In this document: positions 1 through 7,871 of the stretch, piece after piece | Layout of the letters: every line of letters starts with the position of its first letter | How positions within the stretch are numbered: position 1 is the stretch's first letter | Origin: an uncultured Bifidobacteriaceae bacterium | GTDB taxonomy: Bacteria; Acidobacteriota; Vicinamibacteria; Vicinamibacterales; UBA2999 | Length of the DNA: 24,000 nucleotides | Reading direction: 5' to 3' | Assembly: GCA_964442845.1 (NCBI GenBank) | Contig: CAYUAX010000027.1 | Span: 1 to 24,000 of the forward strand | The notes under the pieces: model-generated | What the model was told of the DNA's origin: nothing | Seen by the model: only the letters and a program-made list of their open reading frames with translations | Databases searched by the model: none | Translations under genes and position numbers: made by a program

Positions 1-48
1 CTCGATCGCCTGACGATGATGCTGCTCATCGGCCGTATTTCAGCAGCC

Positions 49-57
49 TGCTAGAAT
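49..57 (+). promoter_or_regulatory. Possible extended -10 promoter element (TGCTAGAAT) immediately upstream of the first gene; would imply a leaderless or near-leaderless transcript
   Basis: TGcTAGAAT at 49-57 is an AT-rich island in GC-rich sequence, 9 nt before the ATG at 67. No Shine-Dalgarno lies between it and the ATG, and there is no convincing -35. Confidence 0.2.
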
Positions 58-66
58 GCCTGCGCC

Positions 67-1212
67 ATGCTCACCCGCCGCACCTTCCTCACTTCCACCA
101 CCCTCGCCGCCGCCACCGCCCGCGCCGCCTCGGCCGCACCCCGCTCGGCTGAGCTGCTGATCCAGCGCACGGTCAAGCCAGTGGTCATCTCGGACTACTC
201 CGGCTTCCAGTTCACCAACGGCGGGTCCGAGAACTGCGTCACCCGCGCCTTCCGCCTCATCACCGAAGGCAAGGACGTGCTCGACGCGCTGATCGCCGGC
301 GTGAATATCCCCGAGCTCGACCCCACCGAGACGGGCATCGGCTTTGGCGCGCTGCCCAACGCCGACGGCGTCATCGAGCTCGACGCCTCGTGCATGCACG
401 GGCCGCTGAAGCGGGCCGGGGCGGTGGCCTCGCTGCAGGGCGTGCGCACGCCGTCGCTGGTCGCCAAGGCGGTGATGGACTACACCGACCACCACCTGCT
501 GGTCGGCACCGGCGCGCAGCAGTTCGCGCGCAACATGGGCTTCACCGTCGAGGACAGCCTGCACACCGAGAACTCGCGGCGGCTGTGGCTGGAATGGAAG
601 CGCCGCTCCGACCCCGAGCACTACCTCGACCCGAAGGGCGAGGGGCGCAAGCCCAAGGACAGCCACGAACGCGATCCCGGGCTCGAGGCCGGGCTGTCGA
701 TGGTGCGCGACGGGCTGATTCCCGAGGGCAGCTTCTGGGGCACCATCAACTGCGACGGCATCGGCCCCAACGGCGATATCTGCGGCGTCACCACCACCAG
801 CGGCCTGGCGTGGAAGATCCCCGGCCGCACCGGCGATTCGCCCATCCTCGGCGCCGGGCTCTACGTGGACAACGAAGTGGGCGCCGCCGGCTCCACCGGG
901 CGCGGCGAGGCCAACCTCTACAACCTGTGCTCGTTCCTGATCGTCGAGGAGATGCGCCGCGGCAAGGCGCCCAAGGACGCCGGCATGGAGGCGCTGCGCC
1001 GCATCAAGAGCAACACCGTGGAGAAGCGCCTGCTCAACGCCCGCGGCGAGCCCAACTTCAACATCCGCTTCTTCGCGCTCAACAAGCGCGGCGAGTATGC
1101 CGGCGTGGCGATGTATCGGGCCGGCGAGACCAAGTACGCGGTGTGCACCGAGAACGGCGCCCAGGCGCTGGAGCTGGAGCCGCTGCTGCCGGGTGCGCCG
1201 ACGGAGGCCTGA
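67..1212 (+). CDS. Tat-secreted Ntn-hydrolase of the asparaginase-2 / glycosylasparaginase (N4-(beta-N-acetylglucosaminyl)-L-asparaginase) family
   Basis: 381-aa ORF with high GC3. Twin-arginine signal MLTRRTFLTSTTLAAATARAASA. Family hallmarks: WGTINCDG (autoprocessing Thr region), GVTTTSGLAWKIPGRTGDSPILGAGLYVD and GAAGSTGRGE. Confidence 0.85.
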   Translation: MLTRRTFLTSTTLAAATARAASAAPRSAELLIQRTVKPVVISDYSGFQFTNGGSENCVTRAFRLITEGKDVLDALIAGVNIPELDPTETGIGFGALPNADGVIELDASCMHGPLKRAGAVASLQGVRTPSLVAKAVMDYTDHHLLVGTGAQQFARNMGFTVEDSLHTENSRRLWLEWKRRSDPEHYLDPKGEGRKPKDSHERDPGLEAGLSMVRDGLIPEGSFWGTINCDGIGPNGDICGVTTTSGLAWKIPGRTGDSPILGAGLYVDNEVGAAGSTGRGEANLYNLCSFLIVEEMRRGKAPKDAGMEALRRIKSNTVEKRLLNARGEPNFNIRFFALNKRGEYAGVAMYRAGETKYAVCTENGAQALELEPLLPGAPTEA

Positions 1213-1215
1213 GCC

Positions 1216-1791
1216 ATGCCCCGTCGCATCCGCACGTTCGTGATCCTCGCGACGCTTCTCGGCGCGAGCCGTTCCGTTCTCGGCAGCTCTGAAGAGCTGC
1301 CCTACATTGCCGCTCCGGAGGAGGCGCAAGCGTCGGCGGCCGAGGAGGCAGCCATCCTCGCGGTGATCGACCAGTTCATGCACGCGGTCACCAGCGGCGA
1401 CAACGCCGCCATGGCACGCATCCGGTTGGAGGGCACGACCACCACCATGGAGCGGCCCGACCCGGCAGGTGGCACGACGATACTGCGCCGCCCGTTTCCG
1501 GCGCCTCCCACGGGCCCCGCCGCAAGCTCAGCTCCGGCGGCGGCGAGCGCGGGCGCGATGCGCGAGCGCTACTGGGATCCGGTGGTGCACGTCCGCGGCC
1601 GCCTGGCCATCGTCTGGACGCCGTACGAGTTCTGGCGCGACGGCAAGTCCAGCCACTGCGGCGTGGACGTGTTCGAGGTGGTCAAGCAGGACGGCGCCTG
1701 GAGAATCGGCCACGTGATGTACACCGTCGAGCCCGACGCATGCCCGGCGATGCGGCCCAAGGACGCGTCGCGGGTGCGGCCATCGCCCTAG
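1216..1791 (+). CDS. Secreted NTF2-like (SnoaL/DUF4440-like) protein with a Pro/Ala-rich insert
   Basis: GGAGG at 1203-1207 sits 8 nt before the ATG, and the start is 4 nt after the upstream stop. Signal peptide MPRRIRTFVILATLLGASRSVLG. NTF2-like pattern: AAILAVIDQFMHAVTSGD ... LAIVWTPYEFWRDGKSSHCGVDVFEVVKQDGAWRIGHVMYT. Confidence 0.6.
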   Translation: MPRRIRTFVILATLLGASRSVLGSSEELPYIAAPEEAQASAAEEAAILAVIDQFMHAVTSGDNAAMARIRLEGTTTTMERPDPAGGTTILRRPFPAPPTGPAASSAPAAASAGAMRERYWDPVVHVRGRLAIVWTPYEFWRDGKSSHCGVDVFEVVKQDGAWRIGHVMYTVEPDACPAMRPKDASRVRPSP

Positions 1792-1872
1792 AAGTCGCGC
1801 GGCGTGCGCATCAAGAAGCCGTCGGCGCCAAATGAGCGGTAGTGCATCAGGCTGATCGTCGAGTCGCTGTCG

Positions 1873-1892
1873 CATGCCAGTGGCTTGGCATG
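1873..1892. promoter_or_regulatory. 7-bp inverted repeat (CATGCCA-N6-TGGCATG) upstream of the antitoxin gene; candidate autoregulatory operator
   Basis: The arms at 1873-1879 and 1886-1892 are perfect reverse complements, located 37-56 nt upstream of the ATG at 1929. Type II antitoxins classically autoregulate through palindromic operators. Confidence 0.3.
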
Positions 1893-1928
1893 GACATCTG
1901 AGCCGGCAAGCACCACTATATCTGCCCT

Positions 1929-2135
1929 ATGCGGACGACGTTGGACCTACCTGCGGGACTGGTCGAGGAGGCCCGCGATGCCCTCGGATTGAGATCGAAG
2001 ACGGAGACCGTGGTCTTCGCTCTCAGAGAGCTTGTCCGCCGCAGTCGCGTGAAGACTCTGAAAGCCTTGGTCCAAACGGTGGACTTCGCGGTCGACCCCA
2101 CCACACTGCGCGCACTAGACCGGAAGCGCCGATAG
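1929..2135 (+). CDS. vapB: Type II toxin-antitoxin system VapB-family antitoxin (ribbon-helix-helix type); no partner toxin present
   Basis: 68 aa. MRTTLDLPAGLVEEARDALGLRSKTETVVFALRELVRRSRVKTLKAL matches the canonical VapB antitoxin opening (MRTTLDIDDxLL.EA...G.k.K.E.V..ALRELVRR). Codon usage is atypical for the window (AGA, TTG, CTT, AGT, ACT, AAA, CAA). Confidence 0.75.
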   Translation: MRTTLDLPAGLVEEARDALGLRSKTETVVFALRELVRRSRVKTLKALVQTVDFAVDPTTLRALDRKRR

Positions 2136-2160
2136 TCATCGCCTTCCGTGCGACGCCGGC

Positions 2161-2688
2161 CTATGGCAGCGGCGGCGCCTCCGCCTTCGGGCCGCGGTAG
2201 ACGGTATCGAACGACGTCCGATACAGCTGCCATCGGCCGTCGGTCCGCCGCGCCACGCTCGTGAAGCGGCCGACGAACGCCGTGCCGTCGTTGAACTCCT
2301 CGCGCAGCACGTAGCGCGAGATCGCCAGGTCGCCCTCGATGTCGATCGACACCGGGCGCATCGCGGTGGAGACGGCGCGGTTGCCGGCGTCGTACCACGT
2401 GCGCACCCGGGCCAGGTAGGTGGCGCGCTCGACCGGCGCGGCCCCGCCGGACCAGTTGGTGTAGCTGTCGTGGAAGAGCGCGGCGTAGGCGTCGAAGCCG
2501 TCGCGGGCCAGCACCAGGGCCACATCTTCCTCGAGGGCGCGGACGGCGGCGCGGACGGCCTCGAGGTCGCGCGTCTCGGGCACGGGTGGGGGAGCGGCGC
2601 CCCTGCACGCTGCGGTGGACCAGGCGAGCAGGACGATCGCGAACTGAGCGACGAGGCGGGAGGCAGGCATCGAAGCCTCAGACGCCAT
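2161..2688 (-). CDS. NTF2-like (SnoaL/DUF4440-like) lipoprotein
   Basis: Only the C-terminal 175 aa of the 304-aa track ORF look real. ATG at 2688, with an alternative at 2670. Signal and lipobox-like MPASRLVAQFAIVLLAWSTAAC. NTF2-like pattern: AVRAAVRALEEDVALVLARDGFDAYAALFHDSY ... GDLAISRYVLREEF..GRFTSVARRTDGRWQLY. The upstream part of the track ORF is antisense to yhbY. Confidence 0.65.
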   Translation of the reverse strand: MASEASMPASRLVAQFAIVLLAWSTAACRGAAPPPVPETRDLEAVRAAVRALEEDVALVLARDGFDAYAALFHDSYTNWSGGAAPVERATYLARVRTWYDAGNRAVSTAMRPVSIDIEGDLAISRYVLREEFNDGTAFVGRFTSVARRTDGRWQLYRTSFDTVYRGPKAEAPPLP

Positions 2689-2704
2689 CGGCGCCGGTTC
2701 GGCC

Positions 2705-3025
2705 GTGGCGCCCACCGCTACAATGAGCGGCGTGGCTCTGCAGCTCTCCGCCAAGGAACGCGCCCACCTCAAGGCGCGCGCCCATGCCCTCGAACCGGTC
2801 GTGCACATCGGCAGCGCGGGCGTCACCGACAACGTGATGGCCGAGATCGAGCGCGCGCTCACCGCCCACGAGCTGATCAAGGTGCGCGCCGGCGCGCAGG
2901 AGCGCGATGAGCGGCGCGAGGTGCTCGACACGATCTGCGCCCGCACCGGCGCCGCGCCGGTGCAGACCGTCGGCAAGGTGATGGTGCTGTGGCGGCCGCG
3001 GCCCGAAGAGGAGCGGCAGGCCTGA
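2705..3025 (+). CDS. yhbY: Ribosome-assembly RNA-binding protein YhbY (CRS1/YhbY CRM domain)
   Basis: LSAKERAHLKARAHALEPVVHIGSAGVTDNVMAEIERALTAHELIKVR...VQTVGKVMVLWR follows the YhbY family pattern. The start is either GTG 2705 or, perhaps more likely, ATG 2723. Confidence 0.85.
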   Translation: MAPTATMSGVALQLSAKERAHLKARAHALEPVVHIGSAGVTDNVMAEIERALTAHELIKVRAGAQERDERREVLDTICARTGAAPVQTVGKVMVLWRPRPEEERQA

Positions 3026-3034
3026 AGGCCTGCC
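3015..3034. terminator. Perfect 8-bp GC hairpin (GGCAGGCC-TGAA-GGCCTGCC) shared by convergent yhbY and ampG; candidate bidirectional terminator
   Basis: Stem at 3015-3022 and 3027-3034. The loop contains the yhbY stop codon TGA (3023-3025), and the hairpin abuts the ampG stop (3035-3037). There is no U-tract, which is common in high-GC genomes. Confidence 0.45.
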
Positions 3035-4363
3035 CTACGAACGGTTCTCGGTGCCGGCGGTGCCGATCGACACATCCGCCAGGCCCGAGCGCACCATGTA
3101 GGCGTAGAGCGCCACGCCCGGCAGCGCGATCAGCGTCGTGAGCAGGTAGTAGTTCACGTAGCCCATGGCCTCGATCAGGCCGCCGGCGGTGGTGCCGGTG
3201 AGGAACCGGCCGGCGATGCTGGCCAGCGCCGAGAGCAGCGCGTACTGGGTGGCGGTGAAGCGCAGGTTGCACAGCGCGGAGAGATACGCCACCACCGCCA
3301 CGCCGCCGATGCCGCTGGCGAAGTTCTCGAAGCCGATCGCCAGGGCCATGCCGATGTTGCTGTGGCCGTAGGCGGCCAGCGCCGCGAAGCTGAAGTTGCT
3401 CACCGCCATCAGCACCAGGCTGACGAGCACCGAGCGCTTCATGCCCAACGACGCGTACATCCAGCCGCCCACGAACACGCCGGCGAGCAGCGCCGCGAAG
3501 CCGACGCCGACGTCGTAGAAGGCGATCTCGTCGTTGGTGAACTGCAGGTCCTGGAAGAGCAGCCGCAGCGTCAGGTTGGCCAGCGTGTCGCCGATCTTGT
3601 GGATGAGCACGAACGCCAGCACCACCCAGGCGCCGCGCCGCTGGATGAATTCCTTCAGCGGACTGAAGAAGGCGACGAGCGTCGCCACCACGCCCTGCGG
3701 CGGCGGCGCGGGACGTCGCCGGGGCGGCTCGCCCATCACCAGGCCCACCAGCATCGCCGGCAGCGCGAACAGCGCGGCCGCTGAGTAGGCCGCACCCCAG
3801 CCGTAGCGCGCGGCGACGACCAGGGCCAGCGCGCCGGCCGAGGCGGAGCCGATGCGCCAGCCGTACTGCGACATCCCCGAGCCGACGCCGAGCTGCTGCG
3901 GCTCCAGCAGCTCGATGCGATAGGCGTCGATGACGATGTCGTAGGTGGCGCCGACGACGCCGACGAGGATGGCCGCCACGACCACCTGCGGCAGGCTGGT
4001 GGAGGGGTCGAGCACGCCGAGGTAGACCACAGCCGCCATCAGCAGCAGGCCGACGAACCACAACCAGCTTCGCCGCTGACCGAAGCGGGCCAGCCCGGGG
4101 ATGCGCACCGTGTCGACCAGCGGCGCCCACAGGAACTTGAAGTTGTAGGCCAGGAACGTGAACGCGAAGGCGGTCACCGCGCTCTTGCGGATGCCGTATT
4201 GGGCCAGCCGGGTGGTGAGCGTGGCGGCGATCATCGCGAAGCCGAAGCCCGACGAGATGCCGAGGAACGCGGCCGCCAGCGGCGCGGCTTCCAGGTAGGG
4301 CCGCACGCCGACCGGCAAGCGGGCCGCCCATGTCGGGGCGGCGGTGGCGGTGGGCGGCGTCAT
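3035..4363 (-). CDS. ampG: AmpG-family muropeptide MFS permease
   Basis: 442-aa polytopic membrane protein. Carries the AmpG-type motif AYNFKFLWAPLVD and the overall MFS repeat pattern. Its ATG is 8 nt downstream of the upstream gene's stop, so the two form an operon. Confidence 0.85.
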   Translation of the reverse strand: MTPPTATAAPTWAARLPVGVRPYLEAAPLAAAFLGISSGFGFAMIAATLTTRLAQYGIRKSAVTAFAFTFLAYNFKFLWAPLVDTVRIPGLARFGQRRSWLWFVGLLLMAAVVYLGVLDPSTSLPQVVVAAILVGVVGATYDIVIDAYRIELLEPQQLGVGSGMSQYGWRIGSASAGALALVVAARYGWGAAYSAAALFALPAMLVGLVMGEPPRRRPAPPPQGVVATLVAFFSPLKEFIQRRGAWVVLAFVLIHKIGDTLANLTLRLLFQDLQFTNDEIAFYDVGVGFAALLAGVFVGGWMYASLGMKRSVLVSLVLMAVSNFSFAALAAYGHSNIGMALAIGFENFASGIGGVAVVAYLSALCNLRFTATQYALLSALASIAGRFLTGTTAGGLIEAMGYVNYYLLTTLIALPGVALYAYMVRSGLADVSIGTAGTENRS

Positions 4364-4371
4364 GCGGACGG

Positions 4372-5277
4372 TCAGATTACCTTGGCGCCGCGCATCACGG
4401 CCTCGGCCTTGGGCACGATCTCGCGGGCAATCTCATAGGGATCGCGGGTCTGGAATCGCGGCGCGAAGAGCTCCACCGAGAGCGGCCCGGCGTAGGCGGC
4501 CTTGTCGGCGAGCACCCGCAGGATGGGCACGAGCGGCGCCACGCCGTCGCCAGGCATCACGCGCGTGGTCAGGTCGAGCATCTCGCGCGGCAGGTCCTCC
4601 ACGTCCTGGAAGTGCACGTGCTTCACGTCCCCAGGGCGGAGCTGGTCGAGATCCTCGAGCCGGTTGTGCCCCGACCAGAAGTGGTAGCAGTCGAACAGCA
4701 CGCCGGTGTTGGGGTGGCCGGCGGCGCGAACGATCCGCAGCAACGTCGGCAGCGTGGACGCAAACGTGGACTGCCGCACGAACTCGAACATCATCGTCAG
4801 CCGGAACTGCGCGGCGATGTCGCCGGCCGTGCGCATGTGCCCGGCGGCGGCCGCGTAGTCGTCGGCCGTCGGCTTCGCGGTGGTCGCGGTGGTCGCATAG
4901 GTGCGCGTGAGGCCGAGCGTGGCCAGCATCTCGCATCGCCGCTTCAGGCGATCGAAGGCGGCGGCGCGATCGGGATTCGGCTCGATCAGCCCGCCCACGC
5001 CGCACGACGCCGACACCGGCGTGAGCCCGTGGTCGGTGAGCACGCGCCTGGCCGCGGCCAGCGTCTCGGTCTTCAGGAACGCATCGAGCAGGTTGTTGGC
5101 GATCTCCACCTGGCGGACGCCGGCGCGGGCCCAGCCCTCGAGCGAGGCCTGGTACCCGGCGCCAGACGAGGTGTTGTGGTGAAGCGCGAGCGTCATCTTG
5201 CCGTCGGCAGCTGGCGTGGTGCCGGCGGCGGCGGCCAACGCCGCAGGGGCGAGCAGGATCTCGCGTCGTGAAGGCAT
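4372..5277 (-). CDS. Sugar phosphate isomerase/epimerase (xylose-isomerase-like TIM barrel), Tat signal
   Basis: Start chosen at MPSRREILLAPAALAAAAG (Tat-like SRREIL). The body (GYQASLEGWARAGVRQVE, GLIEPNPDRAAAFDRLKRRCEMLATLG, FDCYHFW, VHFQD, SVELF) fits the AP-endonuclease-2/xylose-isomerase-like TIM family. Confidence 0.8.
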   Translation of the reverse strand: MPSRREILLAPAALAAAAGTTPAADGKMTLALHHNTSSGAGYQASLEGWARAGVRQVEIANNLLDAFLKTETLAAARRVLTDHGLTPVSASCGVGGLIEPNPDRAAAFDRLKRRCEMLATLGLTRTYATTATTAKPTADDYAAAAGHMRTAGDIAAQFRLTMMFEFVRQSTFASTLPTLLRIVRAAGHPNTGVLFDCYHFWSGHNRLEDLDQLRPGDVKHVHFQDVEDLPREMLDLTTRVMPGDGVAPLVPILRVLADKAAYAGPLSVELFAPRFQTRDPYEIAREIVPKAEAVMRGAKVI

Positions 5278-5393
5278 CGCCGGTCCAGGATGGCCCATCT
5301 TACTCGCGCGCCGTCCCCGCGCTCGTCCCTGTCAATCGCGGCGCCACCGGGTCGGAGCCCGGCCAGCCGGGTGGGATGGGCGTATGTAGGGGC

Positions 5394-7805
5394 ATGCGTT
5401 TCACCGGGCTCATCGCCGACCTTCGCTTCGCCCTGCGGCTCGTCCGCGCCGACTGGCGCTTCTCGGCCACGCTGGTCGCCACGCTCGCCATCGGCATCGC
5501 CGCCAGCGGCGCGCTGTTCAACGTGGTGAACGCCACGCTGCTCCGGCCGCTGCCGATTCCCGACGAGGCCCGCGTGTATCGCCTGCAGGACTACACCGTG
5601 GGTCGCGACGGCGGCCAGGTGCGGCGCTCGAACCGCGTGCTCAACTTCCTCGACATCCGGACCGAGGCGCGCGCGTTCACGCAGATCGTCGGCATGCGCA
5701 GCCTGTCGTGGTCGCTCATCGACGGGTCGACACCGGTGCCGGTCGACGTGGGGCTGGTGTCGCCCGGATCGTTCGAGCTGCTCGGCGTGCGGGCGGCACT
5801 GGGGCGGCTGTTCACGGCCGAGGAGGAGCAGCGCGGGCTGGACGGCGGCGTCGTCGTGATCAGCCACGCGCTGTGGCAGCGCCAGTTCGGTGGGCGGCCC
5901 GATGTCGTGGGCCGCACCGTGCGGGTGGAGGACCACACGCCCACCGTGGTCGGCGTGCTGCCGGCAGGGTTCCGCTTCCCCTACGACGTCGAGGCGTGGA
6001 TGCCCGAGCGCGTCGACCCGCGCATCGAGGCGTCGCTGGCGGTGTTCGCGCGGCTGGCGCCCGAGGCGTCGCCGGCGCAGGCGCAGGCCGAACTCGACGC
6101 GATCGCCGTGCGGGCCGAGGCGGTGCGGCCGGTGGTCAATCGCGGCGTGCGCTTCGCGATGACGCCGATCCGCGAATCGCTGGTGGGCGCCAACGCGCGC
6201 ACGTCGCTGGCGCTGATGGGCGCGGCGGTGCTGTTGCTGGTGCTGGCCTCGGCCAATGTCGCCAACCTGCTGCTGGCGCGGGGGGTGCGGCTGGCCAAGG
6301 AGATCGCGGTGCGGGCGGCGTTGGGTGCCGAACGTGGCCGCCAGGTGCGGCAGATGCTGGTGGAGAGCGTGGTGTTCGCGGCGTTCGGCACGGCCGTGGG
6401 CCTGGCGGCGGCACATCCGCTGAGCCGGCTGCTCGTGGGGCTGGTGCCGAACACGTTGCGCGATCAACTCGGGCTCACCGACACCACGGTGGACATGCGC
6501 GCGGCGCTGTTCGCGGCGGCGATCACCGCGGGCGTGGGCGTGCTGGCGGGGCTGGTGCCGGCTTTGCGGCTGGCGCGCGCCGACGTGAGCGATACGCTGC
6601 GTCAGCATTCCCGGGGCGTGTCGAGCGGGCATCGCCTGATGCGGGGACTGGTCGTCGGCGAAGTGGCGCTGGCCGTGGTGCTGCTGGTGAGCGCCGGCCT
6701 GATGGTGGAGAACCTGCAGCGGCTGCTCGCCGCCAACCTCGGCCTGCGCGCCGACGCGCTCTATGCCGTGGCCCTGCCGCTGCCGCCGCGCTACGCCGAG
6801 GCCGACCAGCGCATCCAGGTGGTGCGGCAGCTGCACGAGGCCGCGCGGGCCATCCCCGGCGTGGAGCGGGCCGGGCTGTCGACGTGGAACCCGCTGGATC
6901 GCGGCAGCTTCGGCGCGTCGCTGGAGGCGGAGGATCATCGCCTCGAGCCGGGCCAGAGCGGCATCATCGTCAATCACCGGCAGGTGACGCCGGAGTGGTT
7001 CGAGACGGCCGGCGTGGCGCTGCTGCGCGGGCGCACGTTCACCGCCGCGGATGCCGCGGGCGCGCAGCCGGTGGCCATCGTCAGCCGGCGGCTGGCCGAG
7101 CGGCTGTGGCCGGGCGAAGACGCGCTGGGCAAGCGGCTGCGTCAGGCGCGTCCGGAGAATCCGTGGATCACGGTGGTCGGCGTGGTCGGCGACGTGCGCG
7201 ACTACGGCGAGTGGCCCGAGACGTGGTACGTGCCGTACGAGCAGCACGGCGGCACGCTGGCGGCCGGCACCGTGCACCTGATGGTGCGATCGCAGGTGGA
7301 TGCCGGGGCGGTCGTCGCGGCGCTGCGCGCGGCGAGTGCGTCGATCGATCCGCTGCTGCCGGTGCCGGATGCGGTGGTGATGACCACGATGTGGCAGGAG
7401 GCGCAGACGCCGCAGCGCATGGGCGCGCTGGTGGCGACGCTGTTCGGCGCGAGCGGGCTGCTGCTGGCCGCGCTCGGCACCTACGGCGTGCTGGCGTATC
7501 TGGTGTCGGCGCGAGCGCGGGAGTTCGGCATCCGCCAGGCGCTGGGGGCGCGTCCGCGGGACGTGGTGGCGATGGTGCTGCGCGACGGCGCCGCGCTGGC
7601 GGCCCTCGGGCTGGCGGTGGGCGGCGTGCTGAGCGTGGGCGCGGTGCAGGCGCTGCGCGGCGTGACCACCGAGGTGGCGGGCGTGCCGGCGGCGCTGCCG
7701 TGGCTGGTGGGCGCGGCGCTGGCGGGAGCTGCCCTCGTCGCGTCGTGGGTGCCGGCGCGCCGGGCCACACGCGTCCAGCCCGTCGAGGTCATGCGCAGCG
7801 AGTAA
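5394..7805 (+). CDS. Duplicated MacB/FtsX-type ABC transporter permease (ADOP-like, no adjacent ATPase)
   Basis: ATG at 5394 preceded by a purine-rich stretch (GTAGGGG). N-terminus MRFTGLIADLRFALRLVRADWRFSATLVATLAIGIAASGALFNVV. There are two FtsX-like 4-TM halves, each preceded by a periplasmic MacB-like domain. C-terminal ARRATRVQPVEVMRSE is typical for the family. Confidence 0.85.
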   Translation: MRFTGLIADLRFALRLVRADWRFSATLVATLAIGIAASGALFNVVNATLLRPLPIPDEARVYRLQDYTVGRDGGQVRRSNRVLNFLDIRTEARAFTQIVGMRSLSWSLIDGSTPVPVDVGLVSPGSFELLGVRAALGRLFTAEEEQRGLDGGVVVISHALWQRQFGGRPDVVGRTVRVEDHTPTVVGVLPAGFRFPYDVEAWMPERVDPRIEASLAVFARLAPEASPAQAQAELDAIAVRAEAVRPVVNRGVRFAMTPIRESLVGANARTSLALMGAAVLLLVLASANVANLLLARGVRLAKEIAVRAALGAERGRQVRQMLVESVVFAAFGTAVGLAAAHPLSRLLVGLVPNTLRDQLGLTDTTVDMRAALFAAAITAGVGVLAGLVPALRLARADVSDTLRQHSRGVSSGHRLMRGLVVGEVALAVVLLVSAGLMVENLQRLLAANLGLRADALYAVALPLPPRYAEADQRIQVVRQLHEAARAIPGVERAGLSTWNPLDRGSFGASLEAEDHRLEPGQSGIIVNHRQVTPEWFETAGVALLRGRTFTAADAAGAQPVAIVSRRLAERLWPGEDALGKRLRQARPENPWITVVGVVGDVRDYGEWPETWYVPYEQHGGTLAAGTVHLMVRSQVDAGAVVAALRAASASIDPLLPVPDAVVMTTMWQEAQTPQRMGALVATLFGASGLLLAALGTYGVLAYLVSARAREFGIRQALGARPRDVVAMVLRDGAALAALGLAVGGVLSVGAVQALRGVTTEVAGVPAALPWLVGAALAGAALVASWVPARRATRVQPVEVMRSE

Positions 7806-7806
7806 A

Positions 7807-7859
7807 TGTAATCGGCTCTGAGCCAGTGGCTCAGAGTCAGTGACTCAGAGCTGATTACA
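7807..7859. repeat. Intergenic modular palindromic element, copy A: left arm TGTAATCGGCTCT, then 14-bp units GAGCCAGTGGCTCA and GAGTCAGTGACTCA, then right arm GAGCTGATTACA
   Basis: The outer 16-bp arms (7807-7822 and 7844-7859) are reverse complements with 1 mismatch. An inner perfect 9-bp hairpin pairs CTCTGAGCC (7816-7824) with GGCTCAGAG (7828-7836). The element lies between convergent stops at 7805 and 7872. Related copies are at 12011-12056 and 21652-21720. Confidence 0.8.
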
Positions 7860-7871
7860 ATTACGGATTCG

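Noticed and set aside
40-1383. 447-aa minus-strand ORF antisense to the asparaginase-family gene
   Set aside because: The translation is Arg/Ala/Gly/Leu-rich junk with no motifs. This is a typical high-GC antisense open frame, and the plus-strand gene has clear family motifs and a Tat signal.
1874-2200. 108-aa ORF overlapping vapB as a possible VapC toxin
   Set aside because: It has no PIN-domain features (no N-terminal D/acidic quartet pattern), it overlaps the antitoxin in a different frame, and it runs into the convergent gene.
2689-3075. N-terminal 129 codons of track ORF 2161-3075
   Set aside because: This part is antisense to yhbY and has Ser/Arg-rich junk composition. The real gene starts at the signal-peptide Met (2688 or 2670).
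2877-4331. 484-aa minus-strand ORF overlapping ampG in another frame
   Set aside because: Arg/Pro/Ala junk. The 3035-4363 frame encodes a coherent MFS transporter.
5193-7277. 694-aa minus-strand ORF and the 711-aa plus-strand ORF (5708-7843) overlapping the permease gene
   Set aside because: Both are extremely Arg/Pro/Gly/Ala-rich low-complexity translations. The permease frame alone shows TM segments and family motifs.
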